From positions 969 to 32,968 of the forward strand of contig JBKCES010000311.1 in the NCBI GenBank assembly GCA_046304295.1: a DNA stretch of 32,000 bases, in the 5' to 3' direction. The notes under the pieces were generated by a model, which was not told the DNA's origin, made no database searches, and saw nothing but the letters and a program-made list of their open reading frames with translations. How positions within the stretch are numbered: position 1 is the stretch's first letter; each line of letters begins with the position of its first letter. Shown here piece by piece: positions 1-9,672 of this stretch. A program made the translations under genes and the position numbers. Source of the DNA: Cyanobacteriota bacterium. GTDB taxonomy: Bacteria > Cyanobacteriota > Cyanobacteriia > Cyanobacteriales > Microcystaceae.

Positions 1-3
1 CGG

Positions 4-720
4 GTGACGGAATTTAGCCAATCCGCCCAGCGTTTGCCCACCGCCGCCGAACTAGAAAAAATCGCTACGGATCTAGGCATCGACCCGGAGGAAATCCAAG
101 CGGCCCAACGGGAGGCCCAGGCCCACTACACTCGGGCTCAGGGCTACTTACGCCTGCGTCATTGGGAAGACGCCATTACCGAACTTCAGGACGCCGTCGC
201 CCTAAATCCCGCTAACTCGGAGATGTTGCTTGCCTTAGCCCAGGCTCATTTGGGACGTTGGCGCCTGTCCCACCGTCGGGAGGATGCCGAAGAATTGCGC
301 CTTCGGGCCCGTCAGTGCCTAGCCCTCGACCCGAACTCAGATCCGGCGCTGGAATTACTGGGACTCTTTAGCAAATTACGCCAACGGCGCCGTCAAGGAT
401 TTTGGGCTCTCGTTCTCTTTGTCGGCGCGGTTTTAACCGGCGGCTTGGGCTATTTATTGATTCAAGGACGCTTACCCTATGTGCTTCAAAGTCGGGCGGA
501 GTTGGAGCAACTGGAGCGCCGTCTGGAAGGAGAAACCCGGCGCTTGCGGGAGGATCAAAGCCGCTTGCAGGAGGAAATTTTGGCTCGACAACGGGCGGAA
601 GACGCCGCTTTGAATCTGCGGTTAATCCAACTTCAAAACCGACTTCAAAGCTTAGAAAAAGAATTGGAAACCCTCAAAAAGCCCGAGCCATCCCCATCTC
701 CGGCGCCGCCCCAAGGTTAG
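4..720 (+). CDS. hypothetical TPR-like / single-TM / coiled-coil protein (GTG start at the window edge, may be 5' truncated)
   Basis: 238-aa ORF. The N-terminal half has TPR-like helices (YTRAQGYLRLRHWEDAITELQDAVALNP). There is one hydrophobic segment (FWALVLFVGAVLTGGLGYLLI), followed by a charged heptad-like region and a Pro-rich tail. Motif density is host-like. Confidence 0.6.
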   Translation: MTEFSQSAQRLPTAAELEKIATDLGIDPEEIQAAQREAQAHYTRAQGYLRLRHWEDAITELQDAVALNPANSEMLLALAQAHLGRWRLSHRREDAEELRLRARQCLALDPNSDPALELLGLFSKLRQRRRQGFWALVLFVGAVLTGGLGYLLIQGRLPYVLQSRAELEQLERRLEGETRRLREDQSRLQEEILARQRAEDAALNLRLIQLQNRLQSLEKELETLKKPEPSPSPAPPQG

Positions 721-764
721 GGCTATTCCCTCGGGTCGGTGGGTCACCAAGGGTCGCATTAAGT

Positions 765-2342
765 TTAGCTTTTAGCGACTGTTTCTTTTGCCCCTCCTAT
801 GGTGCCTAAATTTAAAAACACTATTTTCTCTTGCCAGGCGAAGGTTTCCGTATCGAGATTTACCAGAAAGGGCGACTCCTCGGCACCGAAAGCTTCAAAA
901 TTTTCAACCTGTTGGCGTAATAGCGCCGCGGTGGCGTCGGAAATATCGCCCCGGCGCTGGTTGAGGCGCTCCGTTAGGGTGGGCAGGCTGGCCTGGCAGT
1001 GCAGAAAGATCAGGGGTAGGTGATGGGTTTGGCAAAACTTAAGGATCGTTTGTCGCTCCACCCGGCGGTCGTATTTGGCGTCGAGAATCACCCGCCAGCC
1101 CTGACAAGCTAACGCTAACCCCCAATTTTGTAAATATTGGTAAGTTTGTTGAGTTCGTTCTGGGGTGTAAAGGTCGGCGCCGCCCTGGGCGGTTAAGGGC
1201 AGGCCAGCTAACTGCTTACGAATCGCGTCGGAACGGAGGTGGAGAGCGCCGATCTGGGGTGCGAGGTAACGGGCGACGGTGCTTTTGCCCGCCCCCGATA
1301 ATCCTGAGAGTAAAATAACTTCTCCCTCCTGGGGTTGGGCGTAGCCCCAGGCTTGACGGTAATAGTTTTGGGCGGTTTCTAAGGCGGTTTCTTTTTCTCG
1401 GGGGGAAATTTGCGGATCATCCAGCAAGAAAGAGGTCACCTTAGCCCGGACGTAGGCTTGACGACTGAGATAAAAAGGCAACAAAGAAACGCCCTCCCAA
1501 TCCCCCGTTTGCTCTAGGTAAGCGTTGAGAAAAATCGTCCCCAAATCCCGGCGCTCTTTGGCGTCCAGATCCATGACGGTAAAGGCGACATCGTACATGA
1601 CGTCCACAAAACGGAAGGGTTCGTTAAACTCAATCCGGTCAAACAGTTGTAGTTTGCCTTGCCAGTAACAAATATTTTGTAAATGGAGATCGCCGTGACA
1701 TTCCCGGATTTTCCCCGCCTCAATCCGGCGCTGGAAGCGGTCTCGATGCTGACGGAGGAAGGCTTCGTCAAAGGCTTTTGTTTCTGCGTATTGACTTTGA
1801 GTCTGGGCGGCACCGATATATTTCTCTGTGGCTTTGAAATTATCCATAATCGCGTCTTGAATCTTCTCGACTTGCCCAAAACTCTGGATATAGGTGTCGG
1901 TGCGGGTTTGGGCGTGAAACTCCGCCACGGTTAGCCCCAATTCCCGGATCAATTCCGGGGTTAATTGCCCCGCTTTAAACAGATTCACGAATAAACAGGA
2001 CTGGGGAAACTGGCGCATTCTTAGGGCGTATTCCACCAAGGTTTCCTGGGGTTGATTCACCCAAAGGTTCTCCTCGCCGTCTTGATAGATGGGAACAACC
2101 GCTTCATAAATATCCGGAGCAATGGGTTGATTGAGCGCCAATTCCTGCTCTAGGTAAAATTTGCGTTTCTCTAGGGTGGAAAAATCCAGAAAGCCGAAAT
2201 CCACCGGTTTTTTCACTTTATAGGCATAATCTCCCGTTAAGAAAACCGCCGAGCAATGGGTTTGCAGGACTTCAATCGGTGGCTTTACGGCGTGGGGATA
2301 GACCTGAGCGTTCTGAAGTTGAGCGATTAAATTGGTAAGCAT
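765..2342 (-). CDS. bifunctional phosphotransferase: APH-like kinase domain fused to a P-loop (AAA_33-type) kinase
   Basis: 525-aa ORF. The N-terminal part has an aminoglycoside-phosphotransferase-like catalytic loop (HGDLHLQNI). The C-terminal part has a Walker A motif (LSGLSGAGKST). This architecture is common in cyanobacteria. Confidence 0.75.
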   Translation of the reverse strand: MLTNLIAQLQNAQVYPHAVKPPIEVLQTHCSAVFLTGDYAYKVKKPVDFGFLDFSTLEKRKFYLEQELALNQPIAPDIYEAVVPIYQDGEENLWVNQPQETLVEYALRMRQFPQSCLFVNLFKAGQLTPELIRELGLTVAEFHAQTRTDTYIQSFGQVEKIQDAIMDNFKATEKYIGAAQTQSQYAETKAFDEAFLRQHRDRFQRRIEAGKIRECHGDLHLQNICYWQGKLQLFDRIEFNEPFRFVDVMYDVAFTVMDLDAKERRDLGTIFLNAYLEQTGDWEGVSLLPFYLSRQAYVRAKVTSFLLDDPQISPREKETALETAQNYYRQAWGYAQPQEGEVILLSGLSGAGKSTVARYLAPQIGALHLRSDAIRKQLAGLPLTAQGGADLYTPERTQQTYQYLQNWGLALACQGWRVILDAKYDRRVERQTILKFCQTHHLPLIFLHCQASLPTLTERLNQRRGDISDATAALLRQQVENFEAFGAEESPFLVNLDTETFAWQEKIVFLNLGTIGGAKETVAKS

Positions 2343-2349
2343 TCGCGAC

Positions 2350-3540
2350 TTATCCTTGGTTGAAACGGTAAAGCAAGCCCAAACCCACGGTGAAACCGAT
2401 TAAATTCGGCGCCCAAGCCGCCAGCGCCGGGGACAGAAGCTCCGCCATGCCCAAACTGCCCGCCGCAAACCCCACCAGGTAGTAAGCGAAAACAATAAAA
2501 ACGCTCAAGCCCAACCCTGTGGCCCGACTTAGGCGCTGGGGACGGGCGCCGACGGCCATACCTACCAGACCAAAGACGACGCAGACGAAGGGAAAGGCGG
2601 CTTTTTGCTCGGTGCGGACTTGGAAAAAATTCAGTTTTTTACGATCCCCGATTAAGCGGAGGATATCCATATAGGCCCTCGCCTCCTGAATATTCATTTC
2701 GTAGGGATCCCGGCCCTGAAGGGCGAAATCAAAGGCGGATTTGGGGAGTTCCACCAGTCGGGCCTGAAAGGGTTCCGATTCCTGATAGGAGGCGTCTTTT
2801 TTCAAGGGATAAACCGCACCTTCAAAAAAATCCCAACCCCGGCGCTGGGGGTTCCAGGCCGCTTGGTCGGAAATAATAATTTTATTGAGGCGGGAGCCAG
2901 ACCACTGTAAAACGGTCAGCTCCTCCATGGTTTTACCGTCGAAGCGCTCAGCGTAGATTAACCGTTTTAATCGTCTCTCGGTTTTCCCCCCGGCTATTTT
3001 CACCTCTTCAAATTCCGGGTAAAAGATATCTCGGTTCTGCCAAAAGGGATGCTCTTCCTGAATGGAATCCACCAAAATCGCCGTGGCTCGGTAGTTGGCC
3101 GCCGGGACAACCCACTCGCCGACACCGTAGGTTAAGCCTGTGGCCACTAGACTTAAACACACCACGGGAACCGCTAAGCGAAATAAGCCGGCACCGCAGG
3201 CCCGGAGCGCCACCAATTCGCTATCTCCCCCCAAACGCCCAAAGGTAATTAAGGCGCTGAGGAGAACGGCGATAGGCAGAGCGTAGGCCAAAAACTCCGG
3301 CACTTTGAGTAGGAGGATTTCCAGCGCCTGCTCTAGGGGTAAATTTTTTTCGACGATTTTATTGCCTAAATCCGAGAGGTAACCGATGGCCACCCCTAAA
3401 CTAGCCACCAAACCGACGCTAAATAAAAACGGGGGAACCAACTGCCCCGCCAAATAGCGGTCCATCAGGGGCAGGGAGAGCCAACGACCTAAACGGGGGA
3501 GACGGAGACGGCTCGGCGCGGTCCAATACATAGCAAACAA
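2350..3540 (-). CDS. LptF/LptG (YjgP/YjgQ) family permease
   Basis: Multi-TM ORF with the family-typical N-terminus MDRYLAGQLVPPFLFSVGL. The true start is probably that Met at 3465 rather than 3540. It has a periplasmic middle domain and C-terminal TM helices. Confidence 0.8.
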   Translation of the reverse strand: MFAMYWTAPSRLRLPRLGRWLSLPLMDRYLAGQLVPPFLFSVGLVASLGVAIGYLSDLGNKIVEKNLPLEQALEILLLKVPEFLAYALPIAVLLSALITFGRLGGDSELVALRACGAGLFRLAVPVVCLSLVATGLTYGVGEWVVPAANYRATAILVDSIQEEHPFWQNRDIFYPEFEEVKIAGGKTERRLKRLIYAERFDGKTMEELTVLQWSGSRLNKIIISDQAAWNPQRRGWDFFEGAVYPLKKDASYQESEPFQARLVELPKSAFDFALQGRDPYEMNIQEARAYMDILRLIGDRKKLNFFQVRTEQKAAFPFVCVVFGLVGMAVGARPQRLSRATGLGLSVFIVFAYYLVGFAAGSLGMAELLSPALAAWAPNLIGFTVGLGLLYRFNQG

Positions 3541-3610
3541 TTCACCCCAAAAGAAAGCCGACTACCGCCCCTAGGGACGAGTCGGCTGGGTTCCCCGGTT
3601 CCAGGGCTTC

Positions 3611-3746
3611 GGTGTACACAGATCTGTCTTAAAGACTCAGTTTTGGGTTCGATCCCCCTAAATCCCCCTTTACACGGGGGACTTTGAAAAGTCTTCCCCC
3701 CTTTCAAAGGGGGGCTAGGGGGGATCGTGACACTTGTGTGTACACC
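3611..3746. repeat. MITE-like palindromic small dispersed repeat
   Basis: Terminal inverted repeats ggtgtacaca (3611-3620) and tgtgtacacc (3737-3746). Inner arms gatccccctaaatccccc and ggggctaggggggatc are near-complementary. A 35-nt core (3654-3688) recurs at 21640-21674 with 33/35 identity. Confidence 0.55.
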
Positions 3747-3768
3747 GTTAAGGTTCCAGGGAGAGAAA

Positions 3769-3888
3769 TTAGCTTTCCCGGCTGAGGACTTCGTTCAACT
3801 GCCGGAGGGCGGCGGCGCCGATATTGATGGCCGCCCAAGTGGCGGCGATCAGCAGGGGACTCAGGACAATTACAATACGCCAATCCAT
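3769..3888 (-). CDS. psbY: photosystem II protein Y (39 aa), absent from the supplied ORF track
   Basis: My reverse-strand translation gives MDWRIVIVLSPLLIAATWAAINIGAAALRQLNEVLSRES. The MDWR start, single TM helix and WAAINIG motif match cyanobacterial PsbY as I remember it. A GAGGGA Shine-Dalgarno lies just upstream (reverse strand), and the stop is TAA at 3771-3769. Confidence 0.7.
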   Translation of the reverse strand: MDWRIVIVLSPLLIAATWAAINIGAAALRQLNEVLSRES

Positions 3889-3983
3889 AGGATTATTCCC
3901 TCGAATTTGAATCTAAAATGTTAAGTTTTCTAAATTATCCCTCATATATAGCCTAAACTCGCTCTCTTGGGAATCGGCGCCGG

Positions 3984-4490
3984 CTATTTTGCCTGGGCGT
4001 GGGCGTGGGCCAGACGGGCGTAGCGTTGGGCGTGGCGGATTAAGTCCTGGGCCTGCTCCTCGGTTACCGGACGAATCACCCGCCCCGGCGCCCCCAAAGC
4101 GAGGGAACGGGGAGGGATCGATTTAGTAATCACCGAGCCGGCACCGATAATACTGCCGGCGCCGATCCGAACCCTGTCTAAAATAATGGCACCCATGCCG
4201 ATTAAACAACCCTCTTCTAGATAGGCGCCGTGGATCACCGCCCGGTGCCCCACCGTGACCCAGCGCTCTAAAACTGTGGGCGTCCCCGGATCGCCGTGGA
4301 TCACTGCTCCGTCCTGGACATTGGTTTCTTCGCCGATCTCAATCCGCTCCACATCTCCCCGGACTACGGCGCTGTACCAAATACTGGAACCGGGGCCCAG
4401 GGTTACTCGGCCGATCACCGTGGCGTTGGGCGCCACAAAGGCTGCGGCGCCGCGGTCGGGGAGGTCTAAATAAGCGGGAAAGTCTTCCAT
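3984..4490 (-). CDS. gamma-class carbonic anhydrase-like / left-handed beta-helix (hexapeptide repeat) protein
   Basis: 168-aa ORF with hexapeptide repeats and His residues typical of the gamma-CA/YrdA family (VIHGD, GHRAVIHGA, IGMGAIIL). Confidence 0.8.
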   Translation of the reverse strand: MEDFPAYLDLPDRGAAAFVAPNATVIGRVTLGPGSSIWYSAVVRGDVERIEIGEETNVQDGAVIHGDPGTPTVLERWVTVGHRAVIHGAYLEEGCLIGMGAIILDRVRIGAGSIIGAGSVITKSIPPRSLALGAPGRVIRPVTEEQAQDLIRHAQRYARLAHAHAQAK

Positions 4491-4613
4491 GATTGCTGAG
4501 GGGAGCCGAACTCCGCCAGATAGCCCTCTATATCTTAAAATAAATTAACACTTCCCCCAAACGGCCCCTAATCCCTATTGGGGGTTATTTTGATCGCTAA
4601 ACTCCGAGTAACT

Positions 4614-6701
4614 ATGAAAGACCTCTCTCTCTACCGCAATATTGGCATTTTTGCCCACGTTGATGCGGGAAAAACCACCACGACAGAAAGAATTCTTAAA
4701 CTAACGGGTAAAATTCATAAAATCGGGGAAGTCCACGAAGGCGCCGCCACCACGGACTTCATGGAGCAAGAGCAGGAGCGGGGCATTACCATTCAATCCG
4801 CCGCCACCAGTTGTTTTTGGCGGGGACACCAGTTCAATATTATCGACACCCCGGGCCACGTTGACTTCACCATCGAAGTTTATCGCTCCCTCAAGGTGCT
4901 GGACGGCGGCGTCGGCGTTTTTTGCGGCTCCGGCGGGGTGGAACCCCAGTCGGAAACCAACTGGCGCTACGCCAACGACTCCAAGGTTGCTCGTTTGATC
5001 TATGTTAATAAGCTCGACCGCACTGGCGCCGATTTTTACCGGGTGATTAAACAGGTGGAAAACGTCCTCGGCGCTAAGCCCCTAGTGATGGTTCTGCCCA
5101 TCGGTTTTGAAGACCAATTTGTGGGGGTGGTGGATCTGCTGACCCGCAAGGCTTGGATTTGGGACGACTCCGGGGAGCCGGAGAACTATGTGATTGAAGA
5201 CGTTCCCGCAGACATGGCGGATAAGGTGGAGGAATACCGGGAAAAATTAATCGAATTGGCGGTGGAGCAGGACGATGAGTTGATGGAAAAATACCTGGAA
5301 GGGGAAGAACTCTCCATCGACGAGATCAAACGCTGTGTCCGCAAAGGCACTCGGGATCTGGCCTTTTTCCCCACCTACTGCGGCTCTTCCTTCAAAAATA
5401 AAGGGGTGCAATTAGTGCTGGACGCCGTGGTGGATTATCTGCCGAACCCCACGGAAGTCAATCCTCAACCGGAAGTGGATCTGGAAGGGCACGAGACCGG
5501 CACCTTCGCCATTGTGGACCCGGAAAAACCCCTGCGGGCCCTGGCCTTCAAAATTATGGACGACCGCTTCGGCGCCCTCACCTTTACCCGGATTTACTCC
5601 GGCAAAATCGCTAAAGGGGACACGGTGCTCAACACCGCCACCGGCAAAACGGAACGGATTGGGCGTCTGGTGGAAATGCACGCCGACTCCCGGGAGGAAA
5701 TTGAATCCGCCCAGGCGGGGGACATTGTAGCCATTGTGGGGATGAAGAACGTCCAAACCGGTCACACCCTCTGCGACCCCAAAAATCCCGCCACCCTAGA
5801 GCCGATGGTCTTCCCCGAGCCGGTGATCTCTATCGCCATCGCGCCGAAGAAAAAAGGGATGGACGAAAAAATGGGTATGGCACTGAGCAAAATGGTGCAG
5901 GAAGACCCCTCCTTCCATGTGGAAACCGACGAAGAGAGCGGCGAAACCATCATTAAAGGGATGGGAGAATTGCACCTTGATATTAAGGTCGATATCCTCA
6001 AGCGCACCCACGGGGTGGAAGTGGAGGTGGGCAAACCCCAGGTGGCCTACCGGGAATCCATCACCAAGGTCATCAACGACGGCTATGTCCACAAGAAACA
6101 ATCCGGCGGTTCTGGTCAGTACGCCAAGATCGACTACACCATCGAACCCGGCGAACCCGGCACCGGCTTCCAGTTTGAGTCCAAGGTCACCGGCGGCAAC
6201 GTGCCTCGGGAATATTGGCCAGCGGTGCAAAAGGGCTTTGAGCGGAGCATCGTTAAAGGTCTGCTGGCGGGCTATCCCTGCGTCGATCTGAAGGTCACTC
6301 TCACCGACGGCGGTTTCCACCCGGTGGACTCCTCCGCTATCGCCTTTGAAATCGCCGCCCAGGCGGCCTACCGGCAAACGGTGCCCAAGGCTGGCCCCCA
6401 ACTTCTAGAGCCAATTATGAACGTGGACGTCTTTACCCCCGACGACTACATGGGCGACGTCATCGGCGACCTGAACCGGCGCCGGGGCATGATCAAATCC
6501 CAGGAAACCGGCGCTATCGGTGCTCGCATTAAAGCAGATGTGCCCCTGAGCGAAATGTTTGGCTACATCGGCGATCTGCGCACCATGACCTCTGGGCGGG
6601 GCCAGTTCTCCATGAGCTTTTCCCACTACTCCCCCTGTCCCGGCAACGTGGCGGAGCAGGTGATCAAGGAAGCCAAGGAGCGCCAAGCCGCCAAGGCTTA
6701 G
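4614..6701 (+). CDS. elongation factor G paralogue (EF-G-like translational GTPase)
   Basis: G1 [10 protein letters not shown]3 DTPGHVDF and G4 NKLD motifs, followed by EF-G domains II-V. The likely start is ATG 4614 ([12 protein letters not shown]), not the TTG at 4578. The gene is not in a str-operon context, so it is probably a second EF-G copy. Confidence 0.9.
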   Translation: MKDLSLYRNIGIFAHVDAGKTTTTERILKLTGKIHKIGEVHEGAATTDFMEQEQERGITIQSAATSCFWRGHQFNIIDTPGHVDFTIEVYRSLKVLDGGVGVFCGSGGVEPQSETNWRYANDSKVARLIYVNKLDRTGADFYRVIKQVENVLGAKPLVMVLPIGFEDQFVGVVDLLTRKAWIWDDSGEPENYVIEDVPADMADKVEEYREKLIELAVEQDDELMEKYLEGEELSIDEIKRCVRKGTRDLAFFPTYCGSSFKNKGVQLVLDAVVDYLPNPTEVNPQPEVDLEGHETGTFAIVDPEKPLRALAFKIMDDRFGALTFTRIYSGKIAKGDTVLNTATGKTERIGRLVEMHADSREEIESAQAGDIVAIVGMKNVQTGHTLCDPKNPATLEPMVFPEPVISIAIAPKKKGMDEKMGMALSKMVQEDPSFHVETDEESGETIIKGMGELHLDIKVDILKRTHGVEVEVGKPQVAYRESITKVINDGYVHKKQSGGSGQYAKIDYTIEPGEPGTGFQFESKVTGGNVPREYWPAVQKGFERSIVKGLLAGYPCVDLKVTLTDGGFHPVDSSAIAFEIAAQAAYRQTVPKAGPQLLEPIMNVDVFTPDDYMGDVIGDLNRRRGMIKSQETGAIGARIKADVPLSEMFGYIGDLRTMTSGRGQFSMSFSHYSPCPGNVAEQVIKEAKERQAAKA

Positions 6702-6711
6702 ATCCCAATCT

Positions 6712-6745
6712 GTAGGGTGTGTTACACTTTGCTAACGCATCCTAC
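6712..6745 (+). terminator. stem-loop just after the EF-G stop (possible terminator or repeat hairpin)
   Basis: gtagggtgtg (6712-6721) pairs with cgcatcctac (6736-6745). This gives 10 bp including 2 G-U pairs and a 14-nt loop. No U-tract follows, so a terminator role is uncertain. Confidence 0.3.
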
Positions 6746-6825
6746 GATTTAAACCCATGTTGCGGGGACGTAACTTAAGGTTTGTCTAGAGCAAAAGTAA
6801 TGAACGCTCCCCGCCTCGACATCTC

Positions 6826-7545
6826 TTAATCTAATCCTAGTTCCCGCAAACGGCGCCGGTCTTGAAAAATTGCGTCCGGGGAATCGGCCTGCGCCACCCG
6901 TCCCCGATGCATAACGATGACCCAATCGGCCCACTTTTGCGCAAAGGGAAGGTCGTGAGTGGCCAGGAGCAGGGTGGTTCCCGCCTGGTGAATTTGCTCC
7001 AATAGTTCTCTCAGACGCCGAGTCTGGCCCGGATCGAGGTAGGCGGTGGGTTCGTCCAATAGGAGCAAGGTCGGCTCCAAAATAAAGCTATCGGCGATGG
7101 CCAGGCGCCGTTTTTGCCCCAAACTGAGGTAATTGACCGGAAAATCCGCCACTTCTTCTAGGTTAAAAGCCCTTAAGGTCGCCTCCACCCGGTGCTGGAT
7201 TTCCCCCGGTGGTAGTCCCAAATTACACAGCCCGTAGGAGAGATCCTCTTCCACAGTCCCTCCCACCAGTTGCTCGTCGGGGTTTTGAAACACTAAAGCC
7301 ACTTCTTGACGGAGACGATACAGCGCCGGCTGGTCGTAGGCCAGGGGTTGATTTTGCCAGTAAACAGCACCGGCACAGGGTCGATACAGACCGTTCGCTA
7401 GACGTAAGAGGGTGGTTTTGCCACAGCCGTTTTGGCCAATGAGGGCGTAGCGTCCACCGGCTTCGAGGCGGAGAGAAAGGCCCTCTAGCACCGGCTGGGG
7501 ATGGCCGGGATAACGGTAACTGACCGCCTCAAAGCGCATTAACAT
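6826..7545 (-). CDS. cbiO: ECF/cobalt-type ABC transporter ATP-binding protein
   Basis: Walker A GQNGCGKTT, signature LSLGQKRR, Walker B LLLLDEP. The probable start is MLMRFEAV at 7545, overlapping the cbiQ stop. The longer track ORF to 7623 is unlikely. Confidence 0.8.
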   Translation of the reverse strand: MLMRFEAVSYRYPGHPQPVLEGLSLRLEAGGRYALIGQNGCGKTTLLRLANGLYRPCAGAVYWQNQPLAYDQPALYRLRQEVALVFQNPDEQLVGGTVEEDLSYGLCNLGLPPGEIQHRVEATLRAFNLEEVADFPVNYLSLGQKRRLAIADSFILEPTLLLLDEPTAYLDPGQTRRLRELLEQIHQAGTTLLLATHDLPFAQKWADWVIVMHRGRVAQADSPDAIFQDRRRLRELGLD

Positions 7546-8345
7546 GGGCGCGCCCAGTAATACCAGCCCGTTAAACCTAACAAAAAGAAATAACCCCCCA
7601 CCGCTTCGGCGCTGTAACGCCAACTGGGTTGATGATGGCGCCGGCTCCAGAATTTAAGTTCTCCGGTGTACCCCCTAGCGGCGAGACCCAGGGAAATTTC
7701 CCGGTAGTGATTCAGGGCCCGTTGCAGAAGTTGCCCCGTTAAGAGACTCAAACTATTGAGGCCTGGGCGCCAGGCGCCGTAGCCGCAACGGGACTGCTGG
7801 GCCGTGAGCAATTCCTGCGCCGTAGCCCTGAGAACCGCAATCAATCGATACATCAGCAGAATTAATTCTGTTAGTAGCGGGGGACAACCCCAACGACTCA
7901 GAAGACGAATAATTTCCCAGAAGGGAACCGTCAGCAGAAGAAAGTAGAGACAGGAGGTGAGCGCCAGGGAGCGAAAAACAATCCCTCGACTTTGCTCCAG
8001 TCCCTGTTGGCTGAGGTAGAGATAAACAGGCCCTATCGGCGCTCCCCAGAGAACGTCGCTCCGAAAGGTCGCCAGTTGGTCGGCCCGGCCGGCGCCGATG
8101 ATCCAGGCGGGCAGTCCCAAGAGTAAAAACCCTAGGGGGAGGGAGAGGAGGCGCAGATAAATCCGAGGAGAAATTTGGGCGTATTGAACGACCCAGACAA
8201 AAAGCCAGAGGCTAATTAAAGCCTGGACGGGAATCGGCGCTCCGTAGCCCAAAAGAAAAAGCGCCGCCGCAAACCCCAGTTTATGTTCTGGGGGCAGGGA
8301 GCGCAGTCCATTCCTTTGGGCTAGGGCGTCAAGGGAATAACCCAT
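7539..8345 (-). CDS. cbiQ: ECF/cobalt transporter transmembrane (T) component
   Basis: 268-aa polytopic membrane ORF directly upstream of, and overlapping, the ATPase gene. Length and hydrophobicity pattern are CbiQ-like. Confidence 0.7.
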   Translation of the reverse strand: MGYSLDALAQRNGLRSLPPEHKLGFAAALFLLGYGAPIPVQALISLWLFVWVVQYAQISPRIYLRLLSLPLGFLLLGLPAWIIGAGRADQLATFRSDVLWGAPIGPVYLYLSQQGLEQSRGIVFRSLALTSCLYFLLLTVPFWEIIRLLSRWGCPPLLTELILLMYRLIAVLRATAQELLTAQQSRCGYGAWRPGLNSLSLLTGQLLQRALNHYREISLGLAARGYTGELKFWSRRHHQPSWRYSAEAVGGYFFLLGLTGWYYWARPC

Positions 8346-8348
8346 TAT

Positions 8349-9596
8349 CTAGAGCGCCATGCCGAGGTATTTCGCCACAGTTTGAACGTCCTTATCGCCC
8401 CGGCCGGAGGTATTAATCACAATCCGGGGATTCCCCGTCAGTTGGGGGCAGAGGGTTTCTAGGTAAGCGAAGGCGTGGGCCGTTTCCAGCGCCGGAATAA
8501 TGCCCTCCAGTTGGGAGAGTTTTTGCAGGGCGGCGATGGCTTCGGCATCGGTGACGCTGTAGTATTCCGCCCGGCCGGAGTCCTTGAGAAAACTGTGCTC
8601 GGGCCCGACGCCGGGGTAATCCAAACCGGCGCTGATGGAATGGGCTTCCGTCACCTGACCGTCCGCGTCTTGCAGTAAATAACTCATGGCGCCGTGGAGC
8701 ACGCCGGGTTTACCCATGGTTAAGGTGGCGGCGTGGTGACCGGAGGCGACGCTTTCCCCCGCGGCTTCCACCCCGATAATGCGCACCTCGGCGTCGTCGA
8801 GGAAGTCGTAGAACAGTCCCATGGCGTTGGAGCCGCCCCCCACGCAGGCCAGTAAAATATCCGGCAGACCGCCCCATTTCTCCTGACACTGGCGCCGGGT
8901 TTCCTGCCCGATGACCCGATGGAAGTCCCGCACCATCATGGGATAGGGATGGGGCCCCGCCACGGAGCCGAGAATGTAGTGGGTGGATTCCACATTGGTG
9001 ACCCAGTCCCGAATGGCCTCGGAGGTGGCGTCCTTGAGGGTGCCCGTGCCGGCGCTCACCGGTTGCACCCGAGCGCCGAGTAAATTCATGCGGAAGACGT
9101 TGAGCTTTTGGCGCTCCATGTCCTCCACCCCCATATAAATGACGCAATCCAAGCCAAAGCGGGCGCAGACCGTAGCGGTGGCTACCCCGTGTTGACCGGC
9201 GCCGGTTTCGGCGATAATCCGAGCCTTGCCCATCCGTTTGGCCAGTAAAACCTGCCCGAGGGCGTTGTTAATCTTGTGGGCGCCGGTGTGGTTGAGGTCT
9301 TCCCGCTTCAGGTAAATCTCGGGGCCGCTTCCGTCGGGGCGGGCGTAATGCTGGCTCAGGCGCTCGGCGAAATAAAGGGGGCTGGGGCGCCCCACATAAT
9401 CTTTGAGGAGGCCGTTCAATTCCGCCTGAAACGCAGGCTCGTCCTTCACCCGTCGATAGGCGTCCTCTAACTCGGCCAAGGCGGGCATCAGGGTTTCCGG
9501 GACGTATTTGCCGCCGAAGCGCCCAAAGCGCCCCAGAGCGTCGGGGTATTGACTAATGGGTCGGAGAGCGGGGGAGACAAGAGGAGTAGTGGTCAT
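8349..9596 (-). CDS. trpB: tryptophan synthase beta chain
   Basis: Hallmark motifs [11 protein letters not shown] (PLP lysine), GGGSNAMG and [11 protein letters not shown]. Confidence 0.95.
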   Translation of the reverse strand: MTTTPLVSPALRPISQYPDALGRFGRFGGKYVPETLMPALAELEDAYRRVKDEPAFQAELNGLLKDYVGRPSPLYFAERLSQHYARPDGSGPEIYLKREDLNHTGAHKINNALGQVLLAKRMGKARIIAETGAGQHGVATATVCARFGLDCVIYMGVEDMERQKLNVFRMNLLGARVQPVSAGTGTLKDATSEAIRDWVTNVESTHYILGSVAGPHPYPMMVRDFHRVIGQETRRQCQEKWGGLPDILLACVGGGSNAMGLFYDFLDDAEVRIIGVEAAGESVASGHHAATLTMGKPGVLHGAMSYLLQDADGQVTEAHSISAGLDYPGVGPEHSFLKDSGRAEYYSVTDAEAIAALQKLSQLEGIIPALETAHAFAYLETLCPQLTGNPRIVINTSGRGDKDVQTVAKYLGMAL

Positions 9597-9672
9597 AGGG
9601 GGAAAGAACGGCGACGGTCTCTGATTATAGCCTAGGCCCTAGCGGCGCTCTCAACTGGCGGCCCATTCCAGT

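Noticed and set aside
402-809. 135-aa plus-strand ORF overlapping the first gene, plus the 799-1023 and 1514-1934 ORFs inside or opposite the kinase fusion
   Set aside because: They are alternative-frame or antisense ORFs with Arg/Gly-rich composition. The annotated frames carry real domain motifs.
3489-3707. 72-aa ORF, and the analogous 70-aa ORF at 21644-21856
   Set aside because: Both read through the dispersed hairpin repeats (the PPLQRG-type pseudo-peptides common in cyanobacterial repeats). They are not genes.
3727-3924. 65-aa plus-strand ORF
   Set aside because: It starts inside the palindromic repeat and is antisense to the much better supported psbY.
5796-6401. 201-aa minus-strand ORF, together with neighbours 5412-5765, 5762-6034 and 6405-6686, lying antisense within the EF-G paralogue
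   Set aside because: These are shadow ORFs typical of GC-rich coding DNA. Their sequences are low-complexity and Gly/Arg/His-rich, and they are fully contained in a gene with unambiguous GTPase motifs.
8710-9147. 145-aa ORF in an alternative frame inside trpB
   Set aside because: It is an Arg/Gly/His-rich out-of-frame product of a highly conserved gene, so it is not credible.
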